Shown: positions 1 through 9,161 of the stretch, one piece after another
How positions within the stretch are numbered: position 1 is the stretch's first letter
Layout: every line of letters begins with the position of its first letter
Assembly: GCF_000283555.1 (NCBI RefSeq)
Contig: NC_016012.1
Coordinates: 810,001-842,000 of the forward strand
DNA: 32,000 nucleotides
Reading direction: 5' to 3'
Source: Candidatus Arthromitus sp. SFB-rat-Yit
GTDB taxonomy: Bacteria; Bacillota; Clostridia; Clostridiales; Clostridiaceae
Translations under genes and position numbers: made by a program
Notes under the pieces: model-generated
Database searches by the model: none
What the model was told of the DNA's origin: nothing
The model's input: the letters and a program-made list of their open reading frames with translations, nothing else

Positions 1-606
1 ACCCGATATAGATAATAAATTTACAAATTTATATTTATCGAGCGATATATCAATTTTCCCTATAGCTTGTATCGCATCAGTGTGAAAAATAACATTTCTA
101 TCATGACAAACTTTTGATATAGCATCAACATCTTGAATAGTTCCTATTTCATTGTTAACAAAAGCAACAGAAACAAGTATTGTTTTATCAGTAATTGCAT
201 TAATTACGTCGTTTACATTAACAATACCATCAGAATTAACATCTAAATATGTAACCTTAAATCCATTTTGCTCTAAATATTTGCAAGTATACAAAACAGA
301 ATGATGTTCTATCTTTGCTATTATAATATGATTGCCTTTTTTTCTATTAGCAAAAGCAACTCCCTTAATCGCCCAATTATTCGACTCTGTTCCACCACTT
401 GTAAAAAATATTTCTTTCCTTTGACATTTTAAAGCATTAGCAATATTTTCTCTAGAATGTTCTATTGCATTCTTGGCAATTCTTGAAAATTCATGTATGC
501 CCGAAGGGTTTCCAAAATTATCAAAAAGATATGGCTTCATTTCTTTCATAACTTCATCTCTTAAAAAAGTCGTAGCAGCATAATCCATATAAATTCGTTC
601 ATTCAT
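1..606 (-). CDS. iscS: Cysteine desulfurase (NifS/IscS family), C-terminus cut by window edge
   Basis: Manual reverse-strand translation from ATG at 606..604 gives MNERIYMDYAATTFLRDEVMKEMKPYLFDNFGNPSGMHEFSRIAKNAIEHSRENIANALKCQRKEIFFTSGGTESNNWAIKG...AKIEHHSVL...FHTDAIQAIG, with typical class V aminotransferase motifs (YMDYAATT, TSGGTESNN, EHHSV, HTDAxQ). The frame is open to position 1. Missing from the supplied track because it is truncated. Confidence 0.93.
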   Translation of the reverse strand, partial: MNERIYMDYAATTFLRDEVMKEMKPYLFDNFGNPSGIHEFSRIAKNAIEHSRENIANALKCQRKEIFFTSGGTESNNWAIKGVAFANRKKGNHIIIAKIEHHSVLYTCKYLEQNGFKVTYLDVNSDGIVNVNDVINAITDKTILVSVAFVNNEIGTIQDVDAISKVCHDRNVIFHTDAIQAIGKIDISLDKYKFVNLLSISG

Positions 607-1045
607 TGATATCAACCCCTATATTAATAAAATTTAATTTATTATGTTCATCTATTATATCTTGAAGTGTAACCGATGAAAAAATATTGTTAATAGCATC
701 TCTTATTTTAACCCACAAAACACGTGTAGCACATCTATCCAAATTATCACAAGTCGAATTGTTTTCGGCACAATCCGATATATTAATAGGTCCTTCGACT
801 ACATCTATAATATCCTTAATTGTAATTTCTTTAGGTTTTCTTGTTAATGAATATCCTCCCTTAGCACCTCTAACACTTTTAATAAGGTTCGCTTTCTTAA
901 GAGTAGAAAACAATTGTTCTAAATAAAGTTCGGATATCTTTTGTTTCTGTGCGATACTACGTACAGACATCATTTCAGTATCATAAGACAGAGCAAGCTC
1001 AAGCATTGCCTTTATTCCATATCTACCTCTAGTAGACATTTTCAT
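599..1045 (-). CDS. iscR: Rrf2-family transcriptional regulator, IscR-like with three conserved-type cysteines
   Basis: MKMSTRGRYGIKAMLELA...LIKSVRGAKGGYSLTR...CAENNSTCDNLDRC; winged-helix Rrf2 pattern. RBS aaggag sits 7 nt upstream of the ATG. Overlaps the following cysteine desulfurase start. Confidence 0.93.
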   Translation of the reverse strand: MKMSTRGRYGIKAMLELALSYDTEMMSVRSIAQKQKISELYLEQLFSTLKKANLIKSVRGAKGGYSLTRKPKEITIKDIIDVVEGPINISDCAENNSTCDNLDRCATRVLWVKIRDAINNIFSSVTLQDIIDEHNKLNFINIGVDINE

Positions 1046-1078
1046 GTTAATTCTCCTTAAACTCTATAATAATTCAAA

Positions 1079-1107
1079 ATTATAACAATTTCATTTTTTA
1101 TAGTCAA
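1079..1107 (-). promoter_or_regulatory. Putative sigma-A promoter of iscR-iscS
   Basis: Reverse strand: -35 TTGACT (1107..1102), exact 17-bp spacer, -10 TATAAT (1084..1079), upstream of the iscR RBS. Confidence 0.7.
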
Positions 1108-1130
1108 CATGACCCACCCATATAAAAATA

Positions 1131-1168
1131 AAAAATCTAATCTTAATAAACAATCAGATTAGATTTTT
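1131..1168 (-). terminator. Rho-independent terminator at the end of the fab/acc operon
   Basis: Perfect 12-bp inverted repeat AAAAATCTAATC / GATTAGATTTTT with a 14-nt loop, followed on the minus strand by a T-rich tract (TTTTTTATTTTTA), immediately after the accA stop. Confidence 0.8.
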
Positions 1169-1172
1169 AAAA

Positions 1173-1979
1173 TTACTCAATTCCATATTGTCCAATTTTT
1201 CTAAATTTTTGATATCTTTCCTCTTTAATTTCATTTCCTGATTTATTTTTAAATCTATTAATAAAGTCAACTATATCTTTCTTCAAAGATTCAGCAACCT
1301 TTTCTTTAGTCACATGTGCCCCTTCGCCGTATTCATCAATTATCTTATCTACAATTCCCAATTTCTTTAAATCGTAAGATGTGAGTTTCAAAACATCAGC
1401 GGCCTCTTTAAACTTACTAGAATCTTTCCACAAAATACTTGCACACGCTTCTGGAGATATTACTGAATAAATTGAGTTTTCAAGCATCCAAATTTCATTA
1501 GCTATAGAAATACCCAAAGCTCCACCACTTCCACCTTCAGATATTACAATCGATAATATAGGACAAGTAAATCCCATCATTTCAAACAAATTTTTTGCAA
1601 TAGCTTCACCCTGTCCTCTTTCTTCGGCTTGTTTACCACAAAATGCACCAGGAGTATCAACAAAAGTTATTATTGGTCTATTAAATTTATTCGCCTGTTT
1701 CATAAGCCTTAAAGCTTTACGATATCCTTCAGGATTAGTCATACCAAAATTTCTCATAATATTATCTTTGGTATTTTCCCCCTTCATTTGTGAAATTATC
1801 GTTACAGGCATATCATCTATAAATCCAATTCCTCCAATCAAAGCTTTATCATCTGAATAATATCGATCACCATGAAATTCTTCAAACGAATCAAATATAT
1901 TTTCTAAATAAAATTTAGCCGTAGGACGCATAGGCATTCTTGCAAGTAAAACCCTATCCCAAATACTCAAATTACTCAT
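1173..1979 (-). CDS. accA: Acetyl-CoA carboxylase carboxyltransferase subunit alpha
   Basis: ORF translation with FEEFHGDRYYSDDKALIGGIGF, FVDTPGAFCGKQAEERGQGEAIA and SEGGSGGALGI; adjacent to accD. Confidence 0.95.
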   Translation of the reverse strand: MSNLSIWDRVLLARMPMRPTAKFYLENIFDSFEEFHGDRYYSDDKALIGGIGFIDDMPVTIISQMKGENTKDNIMRNFGMTNPEGYRKALRLMKQANKFNRPIITFVDTPGAFCGKQAEERGQGEAIAKNLFEMMGFTCPILSIVISEGGSGGALGISIANEIWMLENSIYSVISPEACASILWKDSSKFKEAADVLKLTSYDLKKLGIVDKIIDEYGEGAHVTKEKVAESLKKDIVDFINRFKNKSGNEIKEERYQKFRKIGQYGIE

Positions 1980-2841
1980 TCACATCTCTCCTATGTGCCT
2001 TTAATATATAAGTTATGATATTTTTCAAATCTTTTCTATGTACTATTTTATCTAGAAAACCTTTCTCTAAAAGGAATTCAGCTTTTTGAAAATTATCTGG
2101 CAATCTTTCATTAATGGTCTTCTCTATAACTCTTTTCCCCGCAAACGCAATATAAGCATTGGGTTCACTTATTATTATGTCCCCAAGCATAGCAAAACTC
2201 GCCGTCACTCCACCTGTTGTAGGATCTGTTATAACTGTTAAATAGATAAGACCACTATCAGATAATTTTTTAAGAGCCGCACTAATCTTAGCCATTTGCA
2301 TTAAAGACAATGTTCCTTCTTGCATTCTCGCTCCACCAGATGCCGTGAAAATTATAACAGGAAGTTTATGTTCTATAGCATACTCTATGGCTCTAGTTAT
2401 TTTCTCACCAACAACACTCCCCATGCTACCAATCATAAAAAAACTATTCATAACGCATACAACAGTTTTATACCCTCCGATTGAACATTTTCCAGAAACA
2501 ACAGCATCCTTTTCATTTGAAACATTCTTAGCATCTTGAAGTTTTTTATCATAGTAAGGAAAATCCAATGGATTAACACTAACCATGTCGTTGTCAAATT
2601 CTTCAAAAGTATTCTGATCTGCCAAATATCTAATTCTATCTCTAGGACTTAACCTAAAATGATGCTCGCAAAATGGACAAACCATTAAATTATCTTGAAT
2701 ATCCTCTTTATATAAAATTCTTGAGCAATTATTACATTTAATCCAACGATCATTTGGAATATAAACCTTTCTCTCTTCCTCAAAAGGCATCGTACTTACA
2801 GTAACATATTTATTTTTCTTAAAAAAATCGATTATCATCAT
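1972..2841 (-). CDS. accD: Acetyl-CoA carboxylase carboxyltransferase subunit beta with N-terminal zinc ribbon
   Basis: CNNC...CPFC zinc ribbon, FTASGGARMQEG, DPTTGGVTASFAMLGD. Confidence 0.95.
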   Translation of the reverse strand: MMIIDFFKKNKYVTVSTMPFEEERKVYIPNDRWIKCNNCSRILYKEDIQDNLMVCPFCEHHFRLSPRDRIRYLADQNTFEEFDNDMVSVNPLDFPYYDKKLQDAKNVSNEKDAVVSGKCSIGGYKTVVCVMNSFFMIGSMGSVVGEKITRAIEYAIEHKLPVIIFTASGGARMQEGTLSLMQMAKISAALKKLSDSGLIYLTVITDPTTGGVTASFAMLGDIIISEPNAYIAFAGKRVIEKTINERLPDNFQKAEFLLEKGFLDKIVHRKDLKNIITYILKAHRRDVNE

Positions 2842-4184
2842 TTGATATTCACCAACTTATTCAAAAATCCTGTATTATAATTTCCTCTAGCAAAATCTTC
2901 GTCATTTAAAATATCAAAATGGAAATCAATATTACTTGTAATCCCATCGATAATAAATTCAGCCAATGATCTCTTCATTTTCATTATGGCTTCATCTCTC
3001 GTATTCCCATGAACAATAAGCTTCGCAATCATTGAATCATAAAACGGAGGTATTGTATATCCTTGATAAACAGCACTATCCAATCTAACGCCAAACCCCC
3101 CTGGAACATTCAACTGATCTATCTTACCTGGACATGGAGCAAAATTTCTATTAACATCTTCAGCATTAATTCTGCATTCAATTGAATGCCCTTTTATTTT
3201 TAAATCACTTTGGGTAAAAGACAATTTTTTACCACTAGCAATTTTAATTTGCTCTTTTATTAAATCTATTCCTGTTATCATTTCTGTTATAGGATGCTCC
3301 ACTTGAATACGTGTATTCATTTCCATAAAATAAAAGTTTTTATTGTCATCAACCAAAAACTCAATTGTACCTGCATTTACATAATTAACAATTTTGCAAA
3401 TCTTAACAGCAACTTCACCCATTTTCTTTCTTGTATCCTCATCCAAAAATGCAGAAGGTGCTTCTTCAACTATTTTTTGATTTTTTCTCTGAACTGAACA
3501 ATCACGTTCAAATAAATGCACAACATTCCCGAAATCATCTGCTAAGACTTGAAATTCTATGTGATGTGGATTTCTGATATACTTTTCTATGTACACTACA
3601 TCATTATTAAAACACGCAAGTGCCTCAGCTTTTGCCATTAAATATGAATCTTTAAAATCCTCTTCATTTTCTACAATTCGAATACCCTTACCACCTCCAC
3701 CAAGTGCAGCTTTTATCATAACCGGAAAACCAATTGACTTAGCTATCTCAAATGCATAATGCTCATCTTTCAAATATCCTTCATAACCATCAACAATTGG
3801 AATGCCATTTTTTTTCATTGTAATCCTAGCATTTGCTTTATCCCCCATCATATCCATAGTTTTCGGATTAGGTCCTATAAATATAATGTTGCAATCCTTA
3901 CACATTTTAGCAAATTTAGAATTTTCAGAAAGGAATCCAAACCCAGGATGAATGGCCTCTGCCCCACTAAGCGAAGTAGCTTCTAAAATATTTGGTATAT
4001 TTAAATAAGAATCTCTAGCCGAATTTGGACCTATACAAATAGCTTCATCAGCAAGTTGAGTATGTAGTGCTTCCTTATCAGCTTCTGAATAGACAGCCAC
4101 AGAAATTATACCTAATTCTTTGCACGCCCTTATTATTCTTACAGCTATCTCTCCTCTATTTGCAATTAAAATCTTATTTATCAT
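2838..4184 (-). CDS. accC: Acetyl-CoA carboxylase biotin carboxylase subunit
   Basis: KILIANRGEIAVRIIRACKELGI, AALGGGGKGIRIV, EMNTRIQVEHPITEMITGIDLI. Confidence 0.96.
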   Translation of the reverse strand: MINKILIANRGEIAVRIIRACKELGIISVAVYSEADKEALHTQLADEAICIGPNSARDSYLNIPNILEATSLSGAEAIHPGFGFLSENSKFAKMCKDCNIIFIGPNPKTMDMMGDKANARITMKKNGIPIVDGYEGYLKDEHYAFEIAKSIGFPVMIKAALGGGGKGIRIVENEEDFKDSYLMAKAEALACFNNDVVYIEKYIRNPHHIEFQVLADDFGNVVHLFERDCSVQRKNQKIVEEAPSAFLDEDTRKKMGEVAVKICKIVNYVNAGTIEFLVDDNKNFYFMEMNTRIQVEHPITEMITGIDLIKEQIKIASGKKLSFTQSDLKIKGHSIECRINAEDVNRNFAPCPGKIDQLNVPGGFGVRLDSAVYQGYTIPPFYDSMIAKLIVHGNTRDEAIMKMKRSLAEFIIDGITSNIDFHFDILNDEDFARGNYNTGFLNKLVNIK

Positions 4185-4197
4185 AAAAATCTCCTAA

Positions 4198-4629
4198 CTA
4201 CTTAATAGCAAACAATATTTCTGCTTCACAAGCAATTTCACCGTTTACCTTAGCAACACCTGCTGCTTTCCCAAAACCAGATCTTATTTTCAAAATTTCA
4301 CATTTAAGTTCTAAAACATCTCCTGGAACAACAATCCTTCTGAACCTTATCTTATCTGCTCCAGCAAAAAAAGCGAGCTTGCCTTTATATTCATCGCTTG
4401 CAAGTATAACTGCTGCACCTGTCTGAGCCAATGCTTCCAAAATCAACACTCCAGGCATTACGGGTTGAGATGGGAAATGACCTTGGAAGAAATTTTCATT
4501 AAAAGTAACATTTTTTATTGCTGTAACACTTTTATTCTCCTCAATGTCCACTATCTTATCTATGAGCAAAAAAGGATACCTGTGAGGAACAATCTTTAGT
4601 ATTTCTGTTATATCAACTACCTTTTTCAT
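4198..4629 (-). CDS. fabZ: 3-hydroxyacyl-ACP dehydratase FabZ
   Basis: VPHRYPFLLIDKI...FFQGHFPSQPVMPGVLILEALAQ. I prefer the ATG at 4629 (RBS agaaggtga upstream) over the track's GTG at 4641. Confidence 0.95.
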   Translation of the reverse strand: MKKVVDITEILKIVPHRYPFLLIDKIVDIEENKSVTAIKNVTFNENFFQGHFPSQPVMPGVLILEALAQTGAAVILASDEYKGKLAFFAGADKIRFRRIVVPGDVLELKCEILKIRSGFGKAAGVAKVNGEIACEAEILFAIK

Positions 4630-4647
4630 TTGAAAATTCACCTTCTA

Positions 4648-5133
4648 TTAATACTTTTTAATTTTAAATAATTTTTGTCCAAATTCCACCATTTGTGAAT
4701 CTTTAACTAAAACTTCCAAAACTTTTCCCGAAAATTCACTTTCAATTTCATTCATTAACTTCATAGCTTCAACTATACATACAGTATCACCGCAAGATAC
4801 ACTCTGACCTACAGAAAAATAAGGTTGTTTCCCAGGAGCAGGTGACAAATAAACAGTTCCAACCATAGGGGATGTTATGTATTCAACATTTTCTTCAGAA
4901 ACTTCTTCCTTGATTTCATTTAATGAATTTTTAGGTATTTCTATCTTGTTAACCTCATCTTTTACATTATTATTTACACTAGTTTTAGCAATTTGATTAA
5001 CTGAACCAGTATCTAAACGATTCGATTCTTTATCAAGTTTTAAATATAAATCTTGATAATTTATCTCCATTAAAGAAAGGGTAGAATTATTTATCTTATC
5101 TATAAGCTCCATTATTTCTTTAAAAGATATCAT
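4648..5133 (-). CDS. accB: Biotin carboxyl carrier protein of acetyl-CoA carboxylase
   Basis: C-terminal biotinyl domain with CIVEAMKLMNEIESEFSG; lies between fabF and fabZ. Confidence 0.94.
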   Translation of the reverse strand: MISFKEIMELIDKINNSTLSLMEINYQDLYLKLDKESNRLDTGSVNQIAKTSVNNNVKDEVNKIEIPKNSLNEIKEEVSEENVEYITSPMVGTVYLSPAPGKQPYFSVGQSVSCGDTVCIVEAMKLMNEIESEFSGKVLEVLVKDSQMVEFGQKLFKIKKY

Positions 5134-5136
5134 TCT

Positions 5137-6375
5137 TTAACCCCTCCATTTCTTAAATAATAATACTGCATTATGTCCACCAAAACCCAAAGAATTAGAC
5201 AATGCATAGTTCACTTCTTTTTCAATTCCTTTGTTTGGAACATAATTTAAATCGCACTCATCATCCTTAACTTTATATCCTGCTGTAGGATGTATAAAAT
5301 TTTCTTCACATGATTTGATACAAGCTATAGCCTCAACAGCACCTGAAGCTCCCAAAAGATGTCCAGTCATAGATTTCGTTGAACTAACAGCAAGATTATA
5401 CGCATGTTCCTTGAAAACTTTTTTAATAGCGCTAGTCTCAACAGCATCATTAATTTTAGTACTCGTTCCGTGTGCATTTATGTAATCCACCTGATTATAA
5501 GATATACCAGCCTCATCCAAAGCATTTTGCATGGCTTTAGCACTCATCTCACCATCTGGCATCGGGGCAGTAATGTGATAAGCATCTGTAGTTGAAGAGT
5601 ATCCAACTATCTCAGCGTAAATATGTGCATTTCTTTTTCGTGCATTATCTAAAGTTTCCAATATTAATATACCTGCACCCTCTCCCATAACAAAACCATT
5701 TCTCTCTTTGTCAAAAGGTATGGATGCTCTCTCAATATCATCAGTTGTATTCAAAGCAGTTAACGCCGTAAAACCACCCAAAGCCAAACTAGTTATCGCA
5801 GACTCACTTCCACCAGTTAAACAAATATCAAGATATCCATGTTTCAGTAATCTATAAGCATCCCCAACTGAATGTGTAGAAGTAGCACAAGCAGTAACTA
5901 CAGATTTACTTTCTCCCCTAGCTCCATATTTAATGGCAATATTCCCTGCAGCCATATTTATAATCAACTTTGGTATAGTCAATGGAGATAGCCGTACAGA
6001 ATCTGTTTTCCTTATTTTATCTATAACATCCTCTAAAGTATTAAATCCTCCAACTCCAGATCCAACAATAACCCCAAATCTTTCTTTGTCGATACCATCT
6101 AAATCTATCTTCGAATCTTGCATAGCCTCCTCTGCTGCATATAATGCAAATGTGGAATAAGGATCTAATCTAGAACATTCTTTTGCATTAAGTCTTTTTG
6201 ATACATCAAAATTTTTTATTGGTGCTATCACCTTAACTTTATCATTCCCAATATTTCTATCACCTATTGGATCTATTCCAACAACACCATTTTTAGCATT
6301 TTTCCAAAACTCAAAAACATCATTTCCTATGGGTGTAATGGCTCCCATTCCTGTAACAACAACTCTATTATTCAT
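5137..6375 (-). CDS. fabF: Beta-ketoacyl-ACP synthase II
   Basis: VVVTGMGAITPIG, VVTACATSTHSVGDA, NAHGTSTKINDAVE, MTGHLLGASG, NSLGFGGHNAVL. Confidence 0.96.
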   Translation of the reverse strand: MNNRVVVTGMGAITPIGNDVFEFWKNAKNGVVGIDPIGDRNIGNDKVKVIAPIKNFDVSKRLNAKECSRLDPYSTFALYAAEEAMQDSKIDLDGIDKERFGVIVGSGVGGFNTLEDVIDKIRKTDSVRLSPLTIPKLIINMAAGNIAIKYGARGESKSVVTACATSTHSVGDAYRLLKHGYLDICLTGGSESAITSLALGGFTALTALNTTDDIERASIPFDKERNGFVMGEGAGILILETLDNARKRNAHIYAEIVGYSSTTDAYHITAPMPDGEMSAKAMQNALDEAGISYNQVDYINAHGTSTKINDAVETSAIKKVFKEHAYNLAVSSTKSMTGHLLGASGAVEAIACIKSCEENFIHPTAGYKVKDDECDLNYVPNKGIEKEVNYALSNSLGFGGHNAVLLFKKWRG

Positions 6376-6388
6376 AAAGCACTTCCTC

Positions 6389-7129
6389 CTACATCACCAT
6401 TCCGCCATCTACAGTTATAACTTGACCTGTTATATAGTCAGACAAATTACTAGCTAAAAACACTGCTAGATTTGATACATCCTCAGTTTTACCCATTTTT
6501 TTCAATGGTATATGAGATAAAATAGTTTCCTTAATTTCATCTTTCAATACATCTGTCATATCAGTTTCTATAAATCCTGGAGCTATAGCATTAACATTTA
6601 TACCTCTTGAGCCCAATTCTTTTGCCAAAGATTTAGTCATCCCTATTATTCCTGCTTTAGATGCAGCGTAATTAACTTGTCCAGCATTTCCAATAATACC
6701 TATGACTGAACTAATATTTATAATTTTACCACTCTTTTGCTTAAGCATAATATTGGATACGTGTTTCGCGCAATTAAACGATCCTTTTAAATTCACATTA
6801 ATTACATTATCAAATTCTTCTTCTTTCATCCTCATAATAAGTGTGTCTCTTGTTATCCCAGCATTATTAACCAAAATATCAATTTTCAAAAATTTTTCTT
6901 TGCAAAAATTTGTTAATTCCTCAGCAATAGAGAAATCACTCACATCACCTTTATGTAATAAGGCAACCCCACCATTTTGTTCAATCTCTTGTTTTACTTT
7001 TTCTGCTCCGATATCATCACTTCTATAATTTAAAACTACCTTAGCTCCATGCTTCGCAAAATTAATAGCTATAGATTTACCAATTCCTTTAGATGCCCCC
7101 GTAACAATTGCAACTTTGTCTTTAAGCAT
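6389..7129 (-). CDS. fabG: 3-oxoacyl-ACP reductase
   Basis: TGASKGIGKSIA, NNAGIT, ISSVIG, YAASKAGIIGMTKSLAKELGSRGINVNAIAPGFIETDMT. Confidence 0.96.
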   Translation of the reverse strand: MLKDKVAIVTGASKGIGKSIAINFAKHGAKVVLNYRSDDIGAEKVKQEIEQNGGVALLHKGDVSDFSIAEELTNFCKEKFLKIDILVNNAGITRDTLIMRMKEEEFDNVINVNLKGSFNCAKHVSNIMLKQKSGKIINISSVIGIIGNAGQVNYAASKAGIIGMTKSLAKELGSRGINVNAIAPGFIETDMTDVLKDEIKETILSHIPLKKMGKTEDVSNLAVFLASNLSDYITGQVITVDGGMVM

Positions 7130-7131
7130 AC

Positions 7132-8073
7132 CTACACCTCACTCAAAACTTTTAAAGATCTATTTAAAGATGATTCATCTTCTATATTTAACACTGTTAC
7201 TTTTTTATCTATTTTCTTAACAAAACTTGATAAACTTTTCCCTGGGCCTATTTCAACAAAAGTATCAATTCCCATTCCAATAATTCTCAATATACTATCT
7301 TCCCAAAGAACAGAACTCATAATTTGATTAGACAGCAATTCACAAATCTTACTCATATCCATCTTTTCTGAAGTAACATTAGATATAACAGGAACTTTAA
7401 ATTCAGAATTAAATTCTGTATTCTCCAACTCTGTTTTAAATTTCATCGCTGCCTCTTTAAGAAAACTTGTATGGAAAGGTGCTTTAATTGGAAGTCTTAC
7501 ACTCCTCAAAGCTCCTTTATCCTTAAACATTTTATCTGCCATATCAAGTGCAACAACTTCACCAGAAACGACAATTTGAGAAGGGCAATTATAATTTGCA
7601 ATTTCCAAATGTCCATAAGACTTAACATCATCTATAACTTCCAATATTTTTTCCTTGCTTAATCCAATAACCGCTGTCATTCCATATAAATTTCCATCTA
7701 AAGAATTAACCATAAAATCTGCTCTTTTATTAACTAAAATAATCGCTTTTTCAAAATCCAAAGCACCTGAACACACAAGTGCTGAATACTCTCCCAAACT
7801 CAATCCAGCAGTACAAGATGGATTTATATTAACTAAACTTTTAAGTGCCTCAAGTATAGCAATACTTGTTGTCAATATAGCAGGTTGAGTTATTTTTGTA
7901 TCACTTATTTCATCCATGCTACCATTAAATATTTTATCAGAAAGAGAAAACTCTAAAATTTCATTACTTTTTTCAAATATCTTTCTTGACTCAACAAAAT
8001 TTTCGTAAAAATATTTTCCCATACCAACATACTGCGATCCTTGACCTGGAAATATAAACGCTACATTATTCAT
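7132..8073 (-). CDS. fabD: Malonyl-CoA:ACP transacylase
   Basis: FIFPGQGSQYVGMG, AGLSLGEYSALVCSGAL, FVEIGPGKSLS. Confidence 0.95.
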   Translation of the reverse strand: MNNVAFIFPGQGSQYVGMGKYFYENFVESRKIFEKSNEILEFSLSDKIFNGSMDEISDTKITQPAILTTSIAILEALKSLVNINPSCTAGLSLGEYSALVCSGALDFEKAIILVNKRADFMVNSLDGNLYGMTAVIGLSKEKILEVIDDVKSYGHLEIANYNCPSQIVVSGEVVALDMADKMFKDKGALRSVRLPIKAPFHTSFLKEAAMKFKTELENTEFNSEFKVPVISNVTSEKMDMSKICELLSNQIMSSVLWEDSILRIIGMGIDTFVEIGPGKSLSSFVKKIDKKVTVLNIEDESSLNRSLKVLSEV

Positions 8074-8097
8074 GATTTATTTCTCCTATGTTAATAA

Positions 8098-9075
8098 TTA
8101 CCATTCAATTAATATCGACCCATAAGTAAGTCCACCGCCAAAACCAACAAGTATAATCAAATCTCCCTTAGATAGATTTTGAGATTCGCTCAATTCAGTT
8201 AATGCAATTGGTATACTTGCCGCTGAAGTATTTCCATACTTATGCAAATTAATAAAAAATTTATCTACATCAATCTTTAATCGTTGAGAAGCTGATTCTA
8301 TTATTCTTTTATTTGCTTGATGTGGCACAATAAACTTAATATCTTTTATAGAAATATTATTGTTTTTGAGCAATACATCAATTCCTTCAACCATAGATGA
8401 AACTGCAAATTTAAATACTTCTCTACCATCCATATGTATACTAAAATCACTATTAACCGATTCACCCAATATGAAATTAGATATAGGAACAGCTGCAGAA
8501 ACTAAAGAATCAGATTTCTCCCCAACTGACCTTGTATATGTATCAACTATTTTATGTCCATTTTTAGATCTTTCAATATATGCAACACCTGCACCATCTC
8601 CAAACAAAACGCAGGTGTTCCTATCTTTCCAATCTATGATTTTCGATAACATTTCACTACCTATAACAATAGCATTTCTATATTTCTCGGATGATAAAAG
8701 AGCATCCGCCACAACAAGCCCATAAATAAAACCTGTGCATGCTGCATTTAAATCAAAAGCTGTAGCATTTGAAGCACCAATAGTTTTTTGAACTAAACAA
8801 GCACATGAAGGCGTGTTATTGTCAGGAGTAATAGTAGAAAAAATAATAAGATCTATATCTTTCGGATCCTTATTTAATTTATTTAATAATTTTTCTACTG
8901 ACTTAGCCCCCAACACAGATGTATTTTCTGTAGAAATACGTCTTTCTCTTATACCAGTTCTACTGTATATCCACTCATCACTTGTATCAACCATTTTTTC
9001 TAATTCATTGTTAGTTAAAATTCTATCAGGCACATACATACTCATACCTAAAATGCAATTACGTATATAATTCAT
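8098..9075 (-). CDS. fabH: 3-oxoacyl-ACP synthase III
   Basis: TSDEWIYSRTGIRERR, LNAACTGFIYGL, FIVPHQANKRII, LHKYGNTSAASIPIAL. Confidence 0.96.
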   Translation of the reverse strand: MNYIRNCILGMSMYVPDRILTNNELEKMVDTSDEWIYSRTGIRERRISTENTSVLGAKSVEKLLNKLNKDPKDIDLIIFSTITPDNNTPSCACLVQKTIGASNATAFDLNAACTGFIYGLVVADALLSSEKYRNAIVIGSEMLSKIIDWKDRNTCVLFGDGAGVAYIERSKNGHKIVDTYTRSVGEKSDSLVSAAVPISNFILGESVNSDFSIHMDGREVFKFAVSSMVEGIDVLLKNNNISIKDIKFIVPHQANKRIIESASQRLKIDVDKFFINLHKYGNTSAASIPIALTELSESQNLSKGDLIILVGFGGGLTYGSILIEW

Positions 9076-9108
9076 TTAAAATCTCCTCAGATTGTAATTA
9101 GCATTTTT

Positions 9109-9137
9109 AGTATATTACATTATAAAATACATGTCAA
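9109..9137 (-). promoter_or_regulatory. Putative sigma-A promoter driving fabH through accA
   Basis: Reverse strand: -35 TTGACA (9137..9132), exact 17-bp spacer, -10 TATACT (9114..9109), 34 nt upstream of the fabH ATG. Confidence 0.75.
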
Positions 9138-9161
9138 CTCTTCCAGTTTTTTACATTTAAA

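Noticed and set aside
6702-7028. Plus-strand 108-aa ORF within fabG (and similar shadow ORFs at 687, 2345, 3294, 3759, 5404, 5933, 7049, 7471, 7655, 8360, 8813, 9720, 10422, 14676, 19050, 20890, 23652, 26614, 27112, 29106, 29533, 30860, 31293)
   Set aside because: All lie antisense to conserved genes and show no own motifs. They are expected by chance on the opposite strand of AT-rich coding DNA.
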